Assembly: GCA_036253035.1 (NCBI GenBank)
Contig: GCA_036253035.1_4123.1
DNA length: 64,000 nt
Source: a phage
Strand: one strand, 5' to 3'
The notes beneath the pieces are model-generated. The model ran no database searches, was not told the origin of the DNA, and worked only from the letters and a program-made list of their open reading frames with translations. Numbering within the stretch: the first letter of the stretch is position 1; each line of letters opens with the position of its first letter. This document shows, in pieces, positions 42,388 to 53,024 of the stretch. A program made the translations under genes and the position numbers.

Positions 42388-43527
42388 ATGTTACCTTTTG
42401 CAAGAATGGTTAAGTACGGGAATATCGCACCTGAACTGATTCTACCTAAAAACAGGTTACAATGTTCTGCTGATGCCAAATTTTATTTACACACAAATGG
42501 CAATCTATATTGGTTTGGTTCTTCAGCATATGGACAAAGTGGTAATGGTTCATTGGACTCTTCAACTGAATGGACTCTTGTCAACTCAAATGTTACACGA
42601 TATTGGGGTGGGGTACAAGGAACAATTGCTATAAAGAAAGATGGTACTATTTGGTACACTGGTAGACGTACTGTTATTCCAATACTATCTTCAAACACTA
42701 ACGGCGTTTGGGTTGATATAACACAGAACTTTACTGATTTCGGTGTCAGTGCAGATGATATTGATAGTGTTGTGATATCTTCGTGTATGCGTGTATTTTT
42801 AAAAAATGGAAAGTGGTTCTACTGTGGTGCTGGTACTGGTGGTGTTTTTGGGAATGGATCAACTTCAAGCGTTTCACGATTCACCTATAGTACAATAGAA
42901 AATGTTATCAGTGCTGGTTGTGCAATATATAGTACTGGATTAGTACTAAATGATGGTTCATATTGGTATGCAGGTAGAACGTTTGTATCAGGAACGACGA
43001 CACAAAACTTGCTCACATTTACACAAGATACTTCGATTAGTAATGCAATTAAAGCAGTCAATACAAATGAAACTTCTTATATATTTCTTAATGATGGTAA
43101 TGTTAAAGTTGCATCTATTAACGACTATGGACAAGCAGGTACAGGAAATAGGTCAGTAGCCCCAATGAGTACATTAATTCCAAATTTATCATTCCAAGGA
43201 GAAGTGGAGTTGGTGGGTGAGCTTGGGACAAACCTTACCGGACCATCCTGTATAATTAATAATAATAATAAGTTATTTTCATGTGGCCTTAATTCAAATG
43301 GTCAATGTGGTATTGGTACAACTGATATGTATATAACATCATTCGCTGAAATGGATCTTACTGCATTAGAAGGTAGTAATCTTAGTAGTTTTTGTAAGAG
43401 CTATTCTTATACGATGTTAGTTGACGAATATAATAATTTATACACATGTGGTGTACCCAATCTTACTGGAATGTCTTCAACTACTGTACCAACAAGGGTT
43501 CCTGATTCACTTCTACCGTGGAAATAA
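42388..43527 (+). CDS. RCC1-like beta-propeller repeat protein with conserved N-terminal leader
   Basis: Starts MLPFARMVKYGNIAP; YGQSGNGS, YGQAGTGN, NGQCGIGT repeats. Confidence 0.8.
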   Translation: MLPFARMVKYGNIAPELILPKNRLQCSADAKFYLHTNGNLYWFGSSAYGQSGNGSLDSSTEWTLVNSNVTRYWGGVQGTIAIKKDGTIWYTGRRTVIPILSSNTNGVWVDITQNFTDFGVSADDIDSVVISSCMRVFLKNGKWFYCGAGTGGVFGNGSTSSVSRFTYSTIENVISAGCAIYSTGLVLNDGSYWYAGRTFVSGTTTQNLLTFTQDTSISNAIKAVNTNETSYIFLNDGNVKVASINDYGQAGTGNRSVAPMSTLIPNLSFQGEVELVGELGTNLTGPSCIINNNNKLFSCGLNSNGQCGIGTTDMYITSFAEMDLTALEGSNLSSFCKSYSYTMLVDEYNNLYTCGVPNLTGMSSTTVPTRVPDSLLPWK

Positions 43528-43598
43528 TATAATGCCAGTACACTGTACTGGCTTTCTTATTTGTATTAAATATAGTATAATGAATAAAGGAGGGAAAT
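43528..43598 (+). promoter_or_regulatory. intergenic terminator/promoter/SD module
   Basis: Hairpin 43534-43552 + T-run; TATAAT 43576-43581; near-identical to 42317 copy. Confidence 0.6.
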
Positions 43599-44747
43599 AT
43601 GTTACCTTTTGCAAGAATGATGAATTATGGGAATATTGCCCCTGGTAAGGATAGGCGTTTTAAAATATATTCAAGTGATTCTATGTATCTCCATGATACT
43701 TATACTAATAAGTTGTATGCATCTTCTGCGACGAATTGGGGTACTGGTACAGGTGTAGCATCGAGTAAATTTATTCTTTGTGCAGAGAATGTTAAACGAG
43801 TTCTATTGGAAGATAACAGTAGTAGTTGTCAAATGTATGAAGAGAAAGGTACTGGAAAAGTTTTTATCACTGGTAACACGAAGGCATTCACTGGTGTAAC
43901 TGATACAAAAACTTTGTGGACGGACTGTACTACGTGGATAACATCAGGTGGTATTAATGTTTCTGATATAAAATACATGAGTAGTTTTAATGATATGAAG
44001 GTGAATTTGATAACAAACGATGGTACGTTGTATTGTTGTGGAGTTAACAATAACTCGAACCTATCATCATTTGGTGATGGTACAAACATTAATTCTTTTA
44101 ACACATTCAAAAGGGTAGATACTATAACTTCGGTTAAAAAGGCAGTTGGTAACATATACCTAAAAGAAGATAATACTTTATGGGGTTGTGGTTTTAACTA
44201 TTACTATCAGTTAGGTACAGGTAATCAAACTTCTATTACTGGGGTGACGATGATTGCTTCAGATGTTATAGATTTTGATGTAAGTTATCAGAGTACATTT
44301 TTTATTAAATCGGATAATAATTTGTACGCTTGTGGTAAACAGTTCGGTGCACAATACGGGAACGAATTTGGCACAGGTGGTACTTCTTCATCTACCGATA
44401 TACAATACAAAACTCCGACATTATTGAGTTCAGGAGTTTATACTCTATATACGTGTGTTAGTAACATGGCATCACATATAGCTAAAGGTGATGAAGTTCT
44501 ATACGCATCTGGGTCGAATGGATTTGGTCAATTAGGTGTTGGTAATAATATTAATCAGTACTCATATACTCCTTCGTATACTTCGTTTAATAGTTCGTGT
44601 AATTTGGTACGCACTCCATCTGGTTCACTTATACTTACGGACACTGAGCAATTATATTATTGTGGGTATGCTATGGTAGTAATGGGGGGAATTGCTGGAC
44701 AAAACATTCTTAGTTATACAGAAGTTGATATGTCATTTATACAATGA
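43599..44747 (+). CDS. RCC1-like beta-propeller repeat protein with conserved N-terminal leader
   Basis: Starts MLPFARMMNYGNIAP; close paralog of 46888..48036. Confidence 0.8.
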   Translation: MLPFARMMNYGNIAPGKDRRFKIYSSDSMYLHDTYTNKLYASSATNWGTGTGVASSKFILCAENVKRVLLEDNSSSCQMYEEKGTGKVFITGNTKAFTGVTDTKTLWTDCTTWITSGGINVSDIKYMSSFNDMKVNLITNDGTLYCCGVNNNSNLSSFGDGTNINSFNTFKRVDTITSVKKAVGNIYLKEDNTLWGCGFNYYYQLGTGNQTSITGVTMIASDVIDFDVSYQSTFFIKSDNNLYACGKQFGAQYGNEFGTGGTSSSTDIQYKTPTLLSSGVYTLYTCVSNMASHIAKGDEVLYASGSNGFGQLGVGNNINQYSYTPSYTSFNSSCNLVRTPSGSLILTDTEQLYYCGYAMVVMGGIAGQNILSYTEVDMSFIQ

Positions 44748-44818
44748 TTTAATGCCAGTACTCTGTACTGGCTTTCTTATTTGTATTAAATATAGTATAA
44801 TGAATAAAGGAGGAATTT
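44748..44818 (+). promoter_or_regulatory. intergenic terminator/promoter/SD module
   Basis: Same ~70-bp module. Confidence 0.6.
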
Positions 44819-46006
44819 ATGTTACCTTTTGCAAGAATGATGAATTATGGGAATATTGCCCCAGTACCACTTCAAATTAAGAAAATAATCCCAACTGATT
44901 TAGATGTTGTGGTTCTGTATACGGATGGTCAACTATATGCACGTGGGAATAATAGTTTTGGGAAATTCGGTAGAGGAAACAACACTGCATTAAAATCATG
45001 GACATTAATTAGAGAAAACGTTAACGATTGCTGGCTTACACAAGGAACTTTATTAGTAAAAGACAATGACTCAAATTATTATTACTGTGGATATGGTAGT
45101 CATATTGGTTTATCAACTAGTACTACTACGTTTTTAAGTTATAACCAATATATTCAAAATTTGTACACACAAAGTTCAAGTACTTCAATTAAACAGATGT
45201 ATGGAGGTACTACGTGGTTTACTGTGTTAATGGATAATAATACAATATGGAGTACAGGGTGGAACAGTGCTAGACAATTCGCAGATGGTACAGGAACTAC
45301 TTATGAAATAACCGATGGTTCATTTGTAAAAGCGGTCACACCTAATGTTGATATTGCACAAATACAGTCAACAAATAACTGTGTATTGTTGTTTGATAAA
45401 CAAAATAATTTATATATTGGTGGTGTTACATCCGGTATAAGTTCCGCGACTACATGGACTTCATATAATGAATATACTTTATATCAACCAAATACAACAT
45501 ACACAAAAACGTTACAATACACAGGATGCTCAACTGGTGCAGTAAGTGCTTTAGTTGAAAATCCAAATACAGGAGCACGTCAGTTCCTTGTCGGTGGGTT
45601 AGCTAATAATGGGGCATGGGGAAATAACACTACATCTAGCTCTGTTAATGGAGTTTTAGGAAATAACAGTACTACGTTACCACCCGGTACTTTGTATTCA
45701 ATTCATACTGGATACCCACCACAATCTAGTATACTAATTACGAGTACTGGTGTATATGCAACTGGTTTAAATGCCAGTAGTTATGCTGGTTCATTGGGTA
45801 TTGGTACTAGTGCAACTGTTGGTAAGTTTACTGCATGTCCAATGCCTACACAAATAACATATTCTATGTATGATAAAATAAAAATATATAGAGGTTCATA
45901 TCGTACATTTCTAACTGATATGAAAAATATATATTCAACCGGAACTTATGATGATGGTGGTCCTAGTACAACTAGATATGTACTAGATACACCCCGACAA
46001 TTATAA
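44819..46006 (+). CDS. beta-propeller-like repeat protein with conserved N-terminal leader
   Basis: Starts MLPFARMMNYGNIAP. Confidence 0.8.
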   Translation: MLPFARMMNYGNIAPVPLQIKKIIPTDLDVVVLYTDGQLYARGNNSFGKFGRGNNTALKSWTLIRENVNDCWLTQGTLLVKDNDSNYYYCGYGSHIGLSTSTTTFLSYNQYIQNLYTQSSSTSIKQMYGGTTWFTVLMDNNTIWSTGWNSARQFADGTGTTYEITDGSFVKAVTPNVDIAQIQSTNNCVLLFDKQNNLYIGGVTSGISSATTWTSYNEYTLYQPNTTYTKTLQYTGCSTGAVSALVENPNTGARQFLVGGLANNGAWGNNTTSSSVNGVLGNNSTTLPPGTLYSIHTGYPPQSSILITSTGVYATGLNASSYAGSLGIGTSATVGKFTACPMPTQITYSMYDKIKIYRGSYRTFLTDMKNIYSTGTYDDGGPSTTRYVLDTPRQL

Positions 46007-46078
46007 TATAATAGCCAGTACTCAGTACTGGCTTTTCTTTTTGTATTAAATATATTATAATGAATAAAGGAGGGAATT
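46007..46078 (+). promoter_or_regulatory. intergenic terminator/promoter/SD module
   Basis: Same module (variant). Confidence 0.55.
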
Positions 46079-46816
46079 ATGTTACCTTTTGGAAGAATGA
46101 TTAAGTACGGGAATGAAATTGAATATAAGCCACATGGTGAACAATTAATCACGACAATAGGAACAACACAATTTACAGTTCCTGCTGGCGTTACCGAAAT
46201 ATCAGTATGTGTTATTTCGCCGGGTGGTCAACGTGGTGCTGGCGGCGGCTTATCGTGGCGTAATAATATTCCGGTTACTAGTGGTGAGTACTTAAGTGTT
46301 TCTCTTACACATCCCAACACTACTACAGCAGTTGAAAACGGTTTATATCGTGGAACTGAAAAACTATGTGTTAGCTTCACTGGTGAATATAGGGTTGGTG
46401 GACTAGGTGGGAAAGCTGCTAACGCTATTAATGATGGTGGTGGTAATGGGGGCAACGCTGGTGTAAGTGGTGGTGCAGTCATTGGTGGTGGTGCTGGTGG
46501 CTACACTGGTAAAGGTGGTAACGGAGATGCAATCACTGGTGAAAATGGTGCTGGCGGCGGCGGTGGTGGTGGTGCATTCTATAATACCTCGTTCATTGGT
46601 ACGGGTGGTGGTACTGGTATCATTGTTCAAGGTGCTAATGGTATTGGCGGTAGATACGATGGTTCATATAATGGTGGTGCTGGTAGTGGTGGTGCTGGTA
46701 AGATGTATGGTGGTGGTGGTAGTATATGGGATAATTTTTCTTATACGGCTGCTGGTGGTGGTGCTGTGCGAATAATATGGGGACGTGGGAGATATTATCC
46801 TAACAATTCAGTCTAA
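46079..46816 (+). CDS. glycine-rich repeat protein with conserved N-terminal leader
   Basis: Starts MLPFGRMIKYGN; C-terminal two-thirds dominated by GGxGG/GGAGG repeats. Confidence 0.75.
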   Translation: MLPFGRMIKYGNEIEYKPHGEQLITTIGTTQFTVPAGVTEISVCVISPGGQRGAGGGLSWRNNIPVTSGEYLSVSLTHPNTTTAVENGLYRGTEKLCVSFTGEYRVGGLGGKAANAINDGGGNGGNAGVSGGAVIGGGAGGYTGKGGNGDAITGENGAGGGGGGGAFYNTSFIGTGGGTGIIVQGANGIGGRYDGSYNGGAGSGGAGKMYGGGGSIWDNFSYTAAGGGAVRIIWGRGRYYPNNSV

Positions 46817-46887
46817 AATATAGGCCAGTACTTGATACTAGCATTCTTATTTGTATTAAATATAGTATAATGAATAAGGAGGGAAAT
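46817..46887 (+). promoter_or_regulatory. intergenic terminator/promoter/SD module
   Basis: Same module. Confidence 0.55.
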
Positions 46888-48036
46888 ATGTTACCTTTTG
46901 TTAGAATGATTAAGTACGGGAATATTGCACCTAACCCGCCTGATCCTAGTACACGTTTTAAAATATATTCCGGCGGTAGTGCTATGTATTTTCATGATAC
47001 ATACACGAAAAATTTGTATGCATCAGCGGCAGTCAGTCAGGGTACTGGAACTGGTGTTTCGTCGAGTAAATTTATTCTTAGTGCGACTAATGTTAAAAGA
47101 GTCCTTTTGGAAAATAACAGTAGTGGTTGTCAATTATATGAAGAAGACGGTACTGGAAAAGTGTTTATAACTGGAAGTCCGAGTGCGTTTTCTGGTTCAG
47201 GTGCATATTATAACACGTGGACAGATTGTACTTCATGGATAACATCCAGTGGTATTAATGTTTCTGATATAAAATACATGAGTAGTTACAGTGATCTTAA
47301 AGTGAATTTGATAACAACTGATGGTACTTTATATTGCTGCGGAACAAACAGCACATCAACCAGATCATCTTTTGGTAATGGCACAAATACAAATTCATTT
47401 AACGCCTTTGTTAAGATTGAAGCCATATCATCGGTAAAAAAAGCTGTTGGTAACATATACCTAAAAGAAGATAATACATTATGGGGTTGTGGTATTAACA
47501 CTTACTATCAGTTAGGGACAGGCAATCAAACTGCTAGTACTGGAGTTGTTAGAATACAGACTAATGTTATAGATGTCGATGTAAGTTATCAGAGTACATT
47601 TTTTATTAAAGATGATAATAAATTGTACGCTTGTGGTACACAATATGGACTATCATATGGTAATGAATTCGGCACAGGCACAACACTTAAGCAATACACA
47701 ACACCAACTTTATTGAATTCGGATGTACAGAATATATACTGTTGTGTTGGTAATATGGCTTCACATATTCTCAGATTTGGGACTACAATATTTGCAACTG
47801 GGGTTAACACTGGTGGGCAATTGGGTGTTGGTAATCTTACAAATCAGTTCTATTATACCAAGTCTTATGAAAATTTTAATAGTTCTTACAGTTTAGTACT
47901 GAATAACATCGGTAGTTTGATTCTCACAGATGAAGGTAAGTTATTTTATACTGGTTTTTCCAATCTAGTAATGGGTGGAAGTTCTGGGCAGTACACTACA
48001 AGATATACCGAAGTTGATATGTCATTTATACAATGA
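46888..48036 (+). CDS. RCC1-like beta-propeller repeat protein with conserved N-terminal leader
   Basis: Starts MLPFVRMIKYGNIAP; paralog of 43599..44747 (both end ...YTEVDMSFIQ). Confidence 0.8.
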   Translation: MLPFVRMIKYGNIAPNPPDPSTRFKIYSGGSAMYFHDTYTKNLYASAAVSQGTGTGVSSSKFILSATNVKRVLLENNSSGCQLYEEDGTGKVFITGSPSAFSGSGAYYNTWTDCTSWITSSGINVSDIKYMSSYSDLKVNLITTDGTLYCCGTNSTSTRSSFGNGTNTNSFNAFVKIEAISSVKKAVGNIYLKEDNTLWGCGINTYYQLGTGNQTASTGVVRIQTNVIDVDVSYQSTFFIKDDNKLYACGTQYGLSYGNEFGTGTTLKQYTTPTLLNSDVQNIYCCVGNMASHILRFGTTIFATGVNTGGQLGVGNLTNQFYYTKSYENFNSSYSLVLNNIGSLILTDEGKLFYTGFSNLVMGGSSGQYTTRYTEVDMSFIQ

Positions 48037-48107
48037 ATTAAAGCCAGTACTTGATACTGGCATTTCTTTTTGTATTAAATATAGTATAATGAATAAAGGA
48101 GGGAATT
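48037..48107 (+). promoter_or_regulatory. intergenic terminator/promoter/SD module
   Basis: Same module. Confidence 0.55.
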
Positions 48108-49271
48108 ATGTTACCTTTTGCAAGAATGGTTAAGTACGGGAATATAGCACCAGCACCACCGAAATTTAAAAAAATACTCGCCAATAACTACAACGTTGCA
48201 GTTTTAACAAGCAGTGGGGATTTATATGTACGTGGTCAGAATTCAAATGGTCTTTTGGGTTTAGGTCACAAAGAAACCGTTACTACATGGACGTTAAGTA
48301 CTTCTGGTGTTGAAGATTTTTGGTTAAGTACCACTTCTTTGGTTATTAAGAAATTCAACAATGAAATATGGTACAGTGGTTCGTCAACTACTGTTGGTAT
48401 GACAGGGGCAGCCGTATCAGTGTGGACTTCTGCTATGCCAACATTCAATACATTAACATTACCAATATTAGATATGGCAGTTAGTAATCAGACTACAAGT
48501 GTATTACTTTCAGATCGAACAATATGGAGTACTGGGGCAGGGGCAGAAGGTCAGTTAGGTAATGGGACAACAACTAACAACGTTAATACTAAATTCGTCC
48601 AGAGCACAGTCTCTACTGAAGAAGACCAATTACCATTTAAATTGTTTGCAAGTAATCTAATGCATGGTTATGTTACTGCTAACGGTTGGTTATACTATAC
48701 AGGCCGTGTCAATGCAATTAGCACTAGTGGTACTTCTCTATATACAGTATACACTAGTGCTCCTACGAGTCTAAGGAGTGTAATTAATATCGAGTACTAT
48801 GTAAATAATAACAATTCAATGGCGATGGCTATTGGTACTGATCCAAATGGAAAAACCATAATTGCCAATGGTGGGGCGAAAAGATTTGGTGCACAGGCAG
48901 ATGGAGTGAATAGTACTGATATAAGAGCATTTGCTGTTCAAACTGCTTCCCTAATGCCACCAGGTGATGTACTCAGTATGGCCCATAATACTTCATATTA
49001 TAACCAAGTTATTGCTACAACAGATGGTATATATTGTTGTGGCTACAACCAATCAACACAAGCTGGTATGTTAGGTGTTGGTACATCTACTAACGCATTA
49101 GTATATACCAAAGCAATCGTACCTGATGGTTTTGATTATAGTAAATCACAAATGTCAGGTGGGTATAACCGTACTTATATAACTGATGGTAATTTTGTAT
49201 ATAGTACTGGGGCTGATGTCACATATGGTGGTATTAATAGCTTAGTATTTGTAATAGATTCACCATTTTAA
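48108..49271 (+). CDS. RCC1-like beta-propeller repeat protein with conserved N-terminal leader
   Basis: Starts MLPFARMVKYGNIAP; ends ...SLVFVIDSPF like the frameshifted copy. Confidence 0.8.
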   Translation: MLPFARMVKYGNIAPAPPKFKKILANNYNVAVLTSSGDLYVRGQNSNGLLGLGHKETVTTWTLSTSGVEDFWLSTTSLVIKKFNNEIWYSGSSTTVGMTGAAVSVWTSAMPTFNTLTLPILDMAVSNQTTSVLLSDRTIWSTGAGAEGQLGNGTTTNNVNTKFVQSTVSTEEDQLPFKLFASNLMHGYVTANGWLYYTGRVNAISTSGTSLYTVYTSAPTSLRSVINIEYYVNNNNSMAMAIGTDPNGKTIIANGGAKRFGAQADGVNSTDIRAFAVQTASLMPPGDVLSMAHNTSYYNQVIATTDGIYCCGYNQSTQAGMLGVGTSTNALVYTKAIVPDGFDYSKSQMSGGYNRTYITDGNFVYSTGADVTYGGINSLVFVIDSPF

Positions 49272-49342
49272 AAAGAATGCCAGTACTTGATACTGGCTTT
49301 CTTATTTGTATTAAATATAGTATAATGAATAAGGAGGGAATT
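49272..49342 (+). promoter_or_regulatory. intergenic terminator/promoter/SD module
   Basis: Same module; track ORF start lies inside it. Confidence 0.55.
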
Positions 49343-50494
49343 ATGTTACCTTTTGGAAGAATGGTTAAGTACGGGAATATTGCACCAGTTCCGGTAGTTC
49401 CTACAATAAAAGATTTTAAGATTGGCTTTTCACATGAAGTGTTATTGGACAGTGAAGGTGATGTGTGGGGTATTGGATATAATACCGCTGGTCAGTTGGG
49501 ATTTCTGGACGCTAACACAAATTCAATAGGAATGTGGTCTAAGATACATGAGAATGTTAGATTAATTGGCGTTACTACCAATTATACTGTAGTTGTTACA
49601 AATGATAATAGAATACTTTACGCCGGAAATAACTTAATTTCTAGTACTACAACGCTTGGGTGGAACGATATAACGTCTAGTATGGGAGCGGTTGTAGTGG
49701 ATAGCATCGATGCATTATATTGCACAGATGGCATGATGCATATTAAAACTGCTGATGGTTCTTTATACGCATATGGACGTAATATGAACGCAAACGCTGG
49801 AGTTACTGGTGTTTCTGGAGTTATTAGTGTTGCAACTAAAGTTAGTGGTTTACCATCGGCTGTGAAAGATATACGATATACGTTTAGTTATGGTACAATA
49901 CTATGTCAATTAGATACCACCTCGGTATATGGATGGGGAAGAAATGTCAATGGTGAATTAGGTCAGGGGAACGCAGCCGCAGTTCCTACCCCATCCCAAA
50001 GGGCGGGTGCTTCTATTGCTATAGGTACTTCGTATAATGCTACTGCAATTGTTTCCGGTACTGCATCGTTGGTTACATGTGGTGGACAAAATGATGGTCA
50101 GTTAGGTAATGGTATTACTACTGCTGGTAATGTATACACATATGGTGCTAGAGCATACCCAAGCGATCTTAATAATATAAGAAGTCCAGTGGATTGCAGT
50201 ACAACTTATACATCTGCATTTATGAGTCCAGATGGCATATATTACACGGGTTCGAACCGAAGTGTGTTTGGTGGTCCGAGCGGGGCTGCCACTGTTGCAT
50301 TATATACCAAATGTAGTGATTTACCAATATTATATTCTAATATAACACAGTGGTGTAGTGGTACTATTGGTGGTGCGATATGTAGCAGTACTGAATTATA
50401 TCAGTGTGGGACCGGTAGATACATTGCCGGAGATGGGCAGAACGCAACTAGGTATGGGTTTAGAAAGACACCATTACCTTGGGATGTTTATTGA
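49343..50494 (+). CDS. RCC1-like beta-propeller repeat protein with conserved N-terminal leader
   Basis: Start moved to MLPFGRMVKYGNIAP after AGGAGG. Confidence 0.8.
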   Translation: MLPFGRMVKYGNIAPVPVVPTIKDFKIGFSHEVLLDSEGDVWGIGYNTAGQLGFLDANTNSIGMWSKIHENVRLIGVTTNYTVVVTNDNRILYAGNNLISSTTTLGWNDITSSMGAVVVDSIDALYCTDGMMHIKTADGSLYAYGRNMNANAGVTGVSGVISVATKVSGLPSAVKDIRYTFSYGTILCQLDTTSVYGWGRNVNGELGQGNAAAVPTPSQRAGASIAIGTSYNATAIVSGTASLVTCGGQNDGQLGNGITTAGNVYTYGARAYPSDLNNIRSPVDCSTTYTSAFMSPDGIYYTGSNRSVFGGPSGAATVALYTKCSDLPILYSNITQWCSGTIGGAICSSTELYQCGTGRYIAGDGQNATRYGFRKTPLPWDVY

Positions 50495-50566
50495 CATAAA
50501 GCCAGTACTCAAGTACTGGCATTTCTTTTTGTATTAAATATAGTATAATGAATAAAGGAGGAATTT
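50495..50566 (+). promoter_or_regulatory. intergenic terminator/promoter/SD module
   Basis: Same module. Confidence 0.55.
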
Positions 50567-51742
50567 ATGTTACCTTTTGCAAGAATGGTTAAGTACGGGA
50601 ATGTTAAACCAGCACCTTCGGGTGTACTGAAGATTGCTACATCTACAACACATGTGGGTATGTTGTTCGATAGTGGCAATTTATATCTACGTGGTAATGG
50701 TGCACAATATAGGCTAGGAAATGATAGTACTGCGTATTTACAAAATGGATGGATACAGTGTCCATATAAAGTTGCTAATGTTTGGTGTTTATCCGCAGGG
50801 ACCATTATACTTACGACTGAAGGAGAATTTTACTTAGCAGGACAAATGGGATACCTTGGTGTGGTCAAATCGCCTGTTCCAGGATGGACAAATATTACAT
50901 CAATATTGTCTACAATACCAAGCCTTACTACAGTTCAAGATATAGCTTCTACTGAGACTGTCGCTTCAAATGGTACTTTATTAATTATGTTAAGCAATGG
51001 TGATTTATACGGGATAGGTAGTAATACTGGAGGTGAACTGGGTGTTTCTGGTGCAAAAGCGACACCGATTAAGATTGATACTGGTGTTACTATGATTGCT
51101 GGTACACACTTTGGTGGTGCTTTACATTATGTTAAAAATGGTCAATATTACAGATGTGGTAATAACGCAAGTTATAACCTAGGTACAAGTGCATCTAAAC
51201 TATCCACATTTACAGTAAGTACTGATATATCTGGAACAGTTATTGGTATTTCATGTACTAATTTGACGACTTCAGTACTTACATCGAATAAGGGTAATAT
51301 TAGAGTATATACTGCTGGGATAAACACTGATTATTGTTTAGGAATTGGGTATGGAGACACGAAGGTTACAATGAGTCCATTTAGTGCTACTCCCGAAATT
51401 AGTGGTATTATACCAGATGCTGGGTCGATGAACAATCACAGTTTGAATTATTTTATAATGGCAATGACACAGAATGGTAAACTTTATACATGTGGTAGTG
51501 GTGTTCCTCTTGGTTGGCCTGTTACTACTGCATCAGAAAGATCTTATTACCACCAGGTACAATATGAGGATATGGATGTTGCACCAGATGTTAATGCATT
51601 TTCAGTTCAAGGTGGTTCTGGTGTGTTATACGCGTTAGTGGGGACTAATGAGGTGTACTGGTGTGGTAACGGGTCTATGTTTCAGGAACAGAGTCCAGGT
51701 ACACAACAAGTTAAAATGAAGAAAATGATTTTACCAGAATAA
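50567..51742 (+). CDS. beta-propeller-like repeat protein with conserved N-terminal leader
   Basis: Starts MLPFARMVKYGNVKP. Confidence 0.8.
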   Translation: MLPFARMVKYGNVKPAPSGVLKIATSTTHVGMLFDSGNLYLRGNGAQYRLGNDSTAYLQNGWIQCPYKVANVWCLSAGTIILTTEGEFYLAGQMGYLGVVKSPVPGWTNITSILSTIPSLTTVQDIASTETVASNGTLLIMLSNGDLYGIGSNTGGELGVSGAKATPIKIDTGVTMIAGTHFGGALHYVKNGQYYRCGNNASYNLGTSASKLSTFTVSTDISGTVIGISCTNLTTSVLTSNKGNIRVYTAGINTDYCLGIGYGDTKVTMSPFSATPEISGIIPDAGSMNNHSLNYFIMAMTQNGKLYTCGSGVPLGWPVTTASERSYYHQVQYEDMDVAPDVNAFSVQGGSGVLYALVGTNEVYWCGNGSMFQEQSPGTQQVKMKKMILPE

Positions 51743-51826
51743 AATGTGAAATACAATGCATGTACTCTGTACTGGCTTTTCTTATTTATATTAAATATAG
51801 TATAATGAATAAAGGGGAGTAAAATT
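51743..51826 (+). promoter_or_regulatory. intergenic terminator/promoter/SD module (variant)
   Basis: Hairpin variant + TATAAT + AAGGGGAG. Confidence 0.5.
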
Positions 51827-53014
51827 ATGTTACCTTTCGGAAGAATGTTTGATTATGGGAATATTAAGCCTGTACCTGAACCTGAAGAGTTTGATGAAGT
51901 TTTACAGCAACAATATTACAATACACTATATTTGCATAAACCCACTAATACATTATATGGGTACGGATTAAACAGTAACAAACAGCTTAGTTTATTAATT
52001 GTACCTACTGAATTTATGGTACTGAGTACTGATTGTAAAAAATATTGGACTGGTGTGTTTGGTACATTGATGGTAAGTCTTTCGAACAAAATATACTACT
52101 GTGGTAGTAGAATTGCGTTCCCACAAGCGACTACCGCATCTAACACCGATGGGTGGAAATATGTAACTGAGTACTTTGACGCTTTAGGTGTAGTTGGTGA
52201 TGATATTAAGAGTGTATATATAGGTGCGAGTACTAGAGTATTATTAAATGATGGTCGAGTTATGTGTTGTGGTAACAATGCTTATGCTGAATGTGGTACG
52301 GGTGTTACTGGAGCAATTAATACTTTACAATTTGTACCACAATTTGGTACTGATGTAAAGAGTATGTATTGTTCGACATATGGTACGCATTATATTAACT
52401 CCAGAAACGAATCATATTTTGTTGGAGAAAATACAAATGGTACTAGTGGTACTGGAACTGCTAATGATTCTATTGTAGCTGCACATACATTAACTGCACG
52501 TAACGTAAAACACATTAGTACTAATTACAATACGACTTGGTGGTTTTTTGAAAATGGTGATATATATTGGTGTGGTCTGAATAATATGGGTCAGGCTGGT
52601 AATAATAGTGTTACTAGTGGGTATACGTTGTTAGCTGTTAAGAATACTGTACTTTCTGGTACAATTGATCTCCCGACATTGAAATCTCCTAGTAGTTTAT
52701 CAACGGGCTATGTGGGAGCACCAATTGCTTCATATTCATCACGAATTAGAAATGGTGGAATAAATGATCTTGGTCAACTAGGGTTGGGTACAATAACACC
52801 GTTCGAACGATCATGGATAGATATGAATATTAGTATTATTGGTACATATGATGATGTATTGACAATATCCAAAGATATTAGATCATCAATGATATTAACA
52901 AAAGATTATAAATTATATGCATGTGGTGGATATAATTCAAATGGTCAATCATTACCTGATGGATCATATGTTACCAGTACATTAAAATTAATGGCAAATA
53001 TGCCGTGGTATTAA
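51827..53014 (+). CDS. RCC1-like beta-propeller repeat protein with conserved N-terminal leader
   Basis: Starts MLPFGRMFDYGNIKP; paralog of first array gene 39996..41198. Confidence 0.8.
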   Translation: MLPFGRMFDYGNIKPVPEPEEFDEVLQQQYYNTLYLHKPTNTLYGYGLNSNKQLSLLIVPTEFMVLSTDCKKYWTGVFGTLMVSLSNKIYYCGSRIAFPQATTASNTDGWKYVTEYFDALGVVGDDIKSVYIGASTRVLLNDGRVMCCGNNAYAECGTGVTGAINTLQFVPQFGTDVKSMYCSTYGTHYINSRNESYFVGENTNGTSGTGTANDSIVAAHTLTARNVKHISTNYNTTWWFFENGDIYWCGLNNMGQAGNNSVTSGYTLLAVKNTVLSGTIDLPTLKSPSSLSTGYVGAPIASYSSRIRNGGINDLGQLGLGTITPFERSWIDMNISIIGTYDDVLTISKDIRSSMILTKDYKLYACGGYNSNGQSLPDGSYVTSTLKLMANMPWY

Positions 53015-53024
53015 GGAGAGAGAT

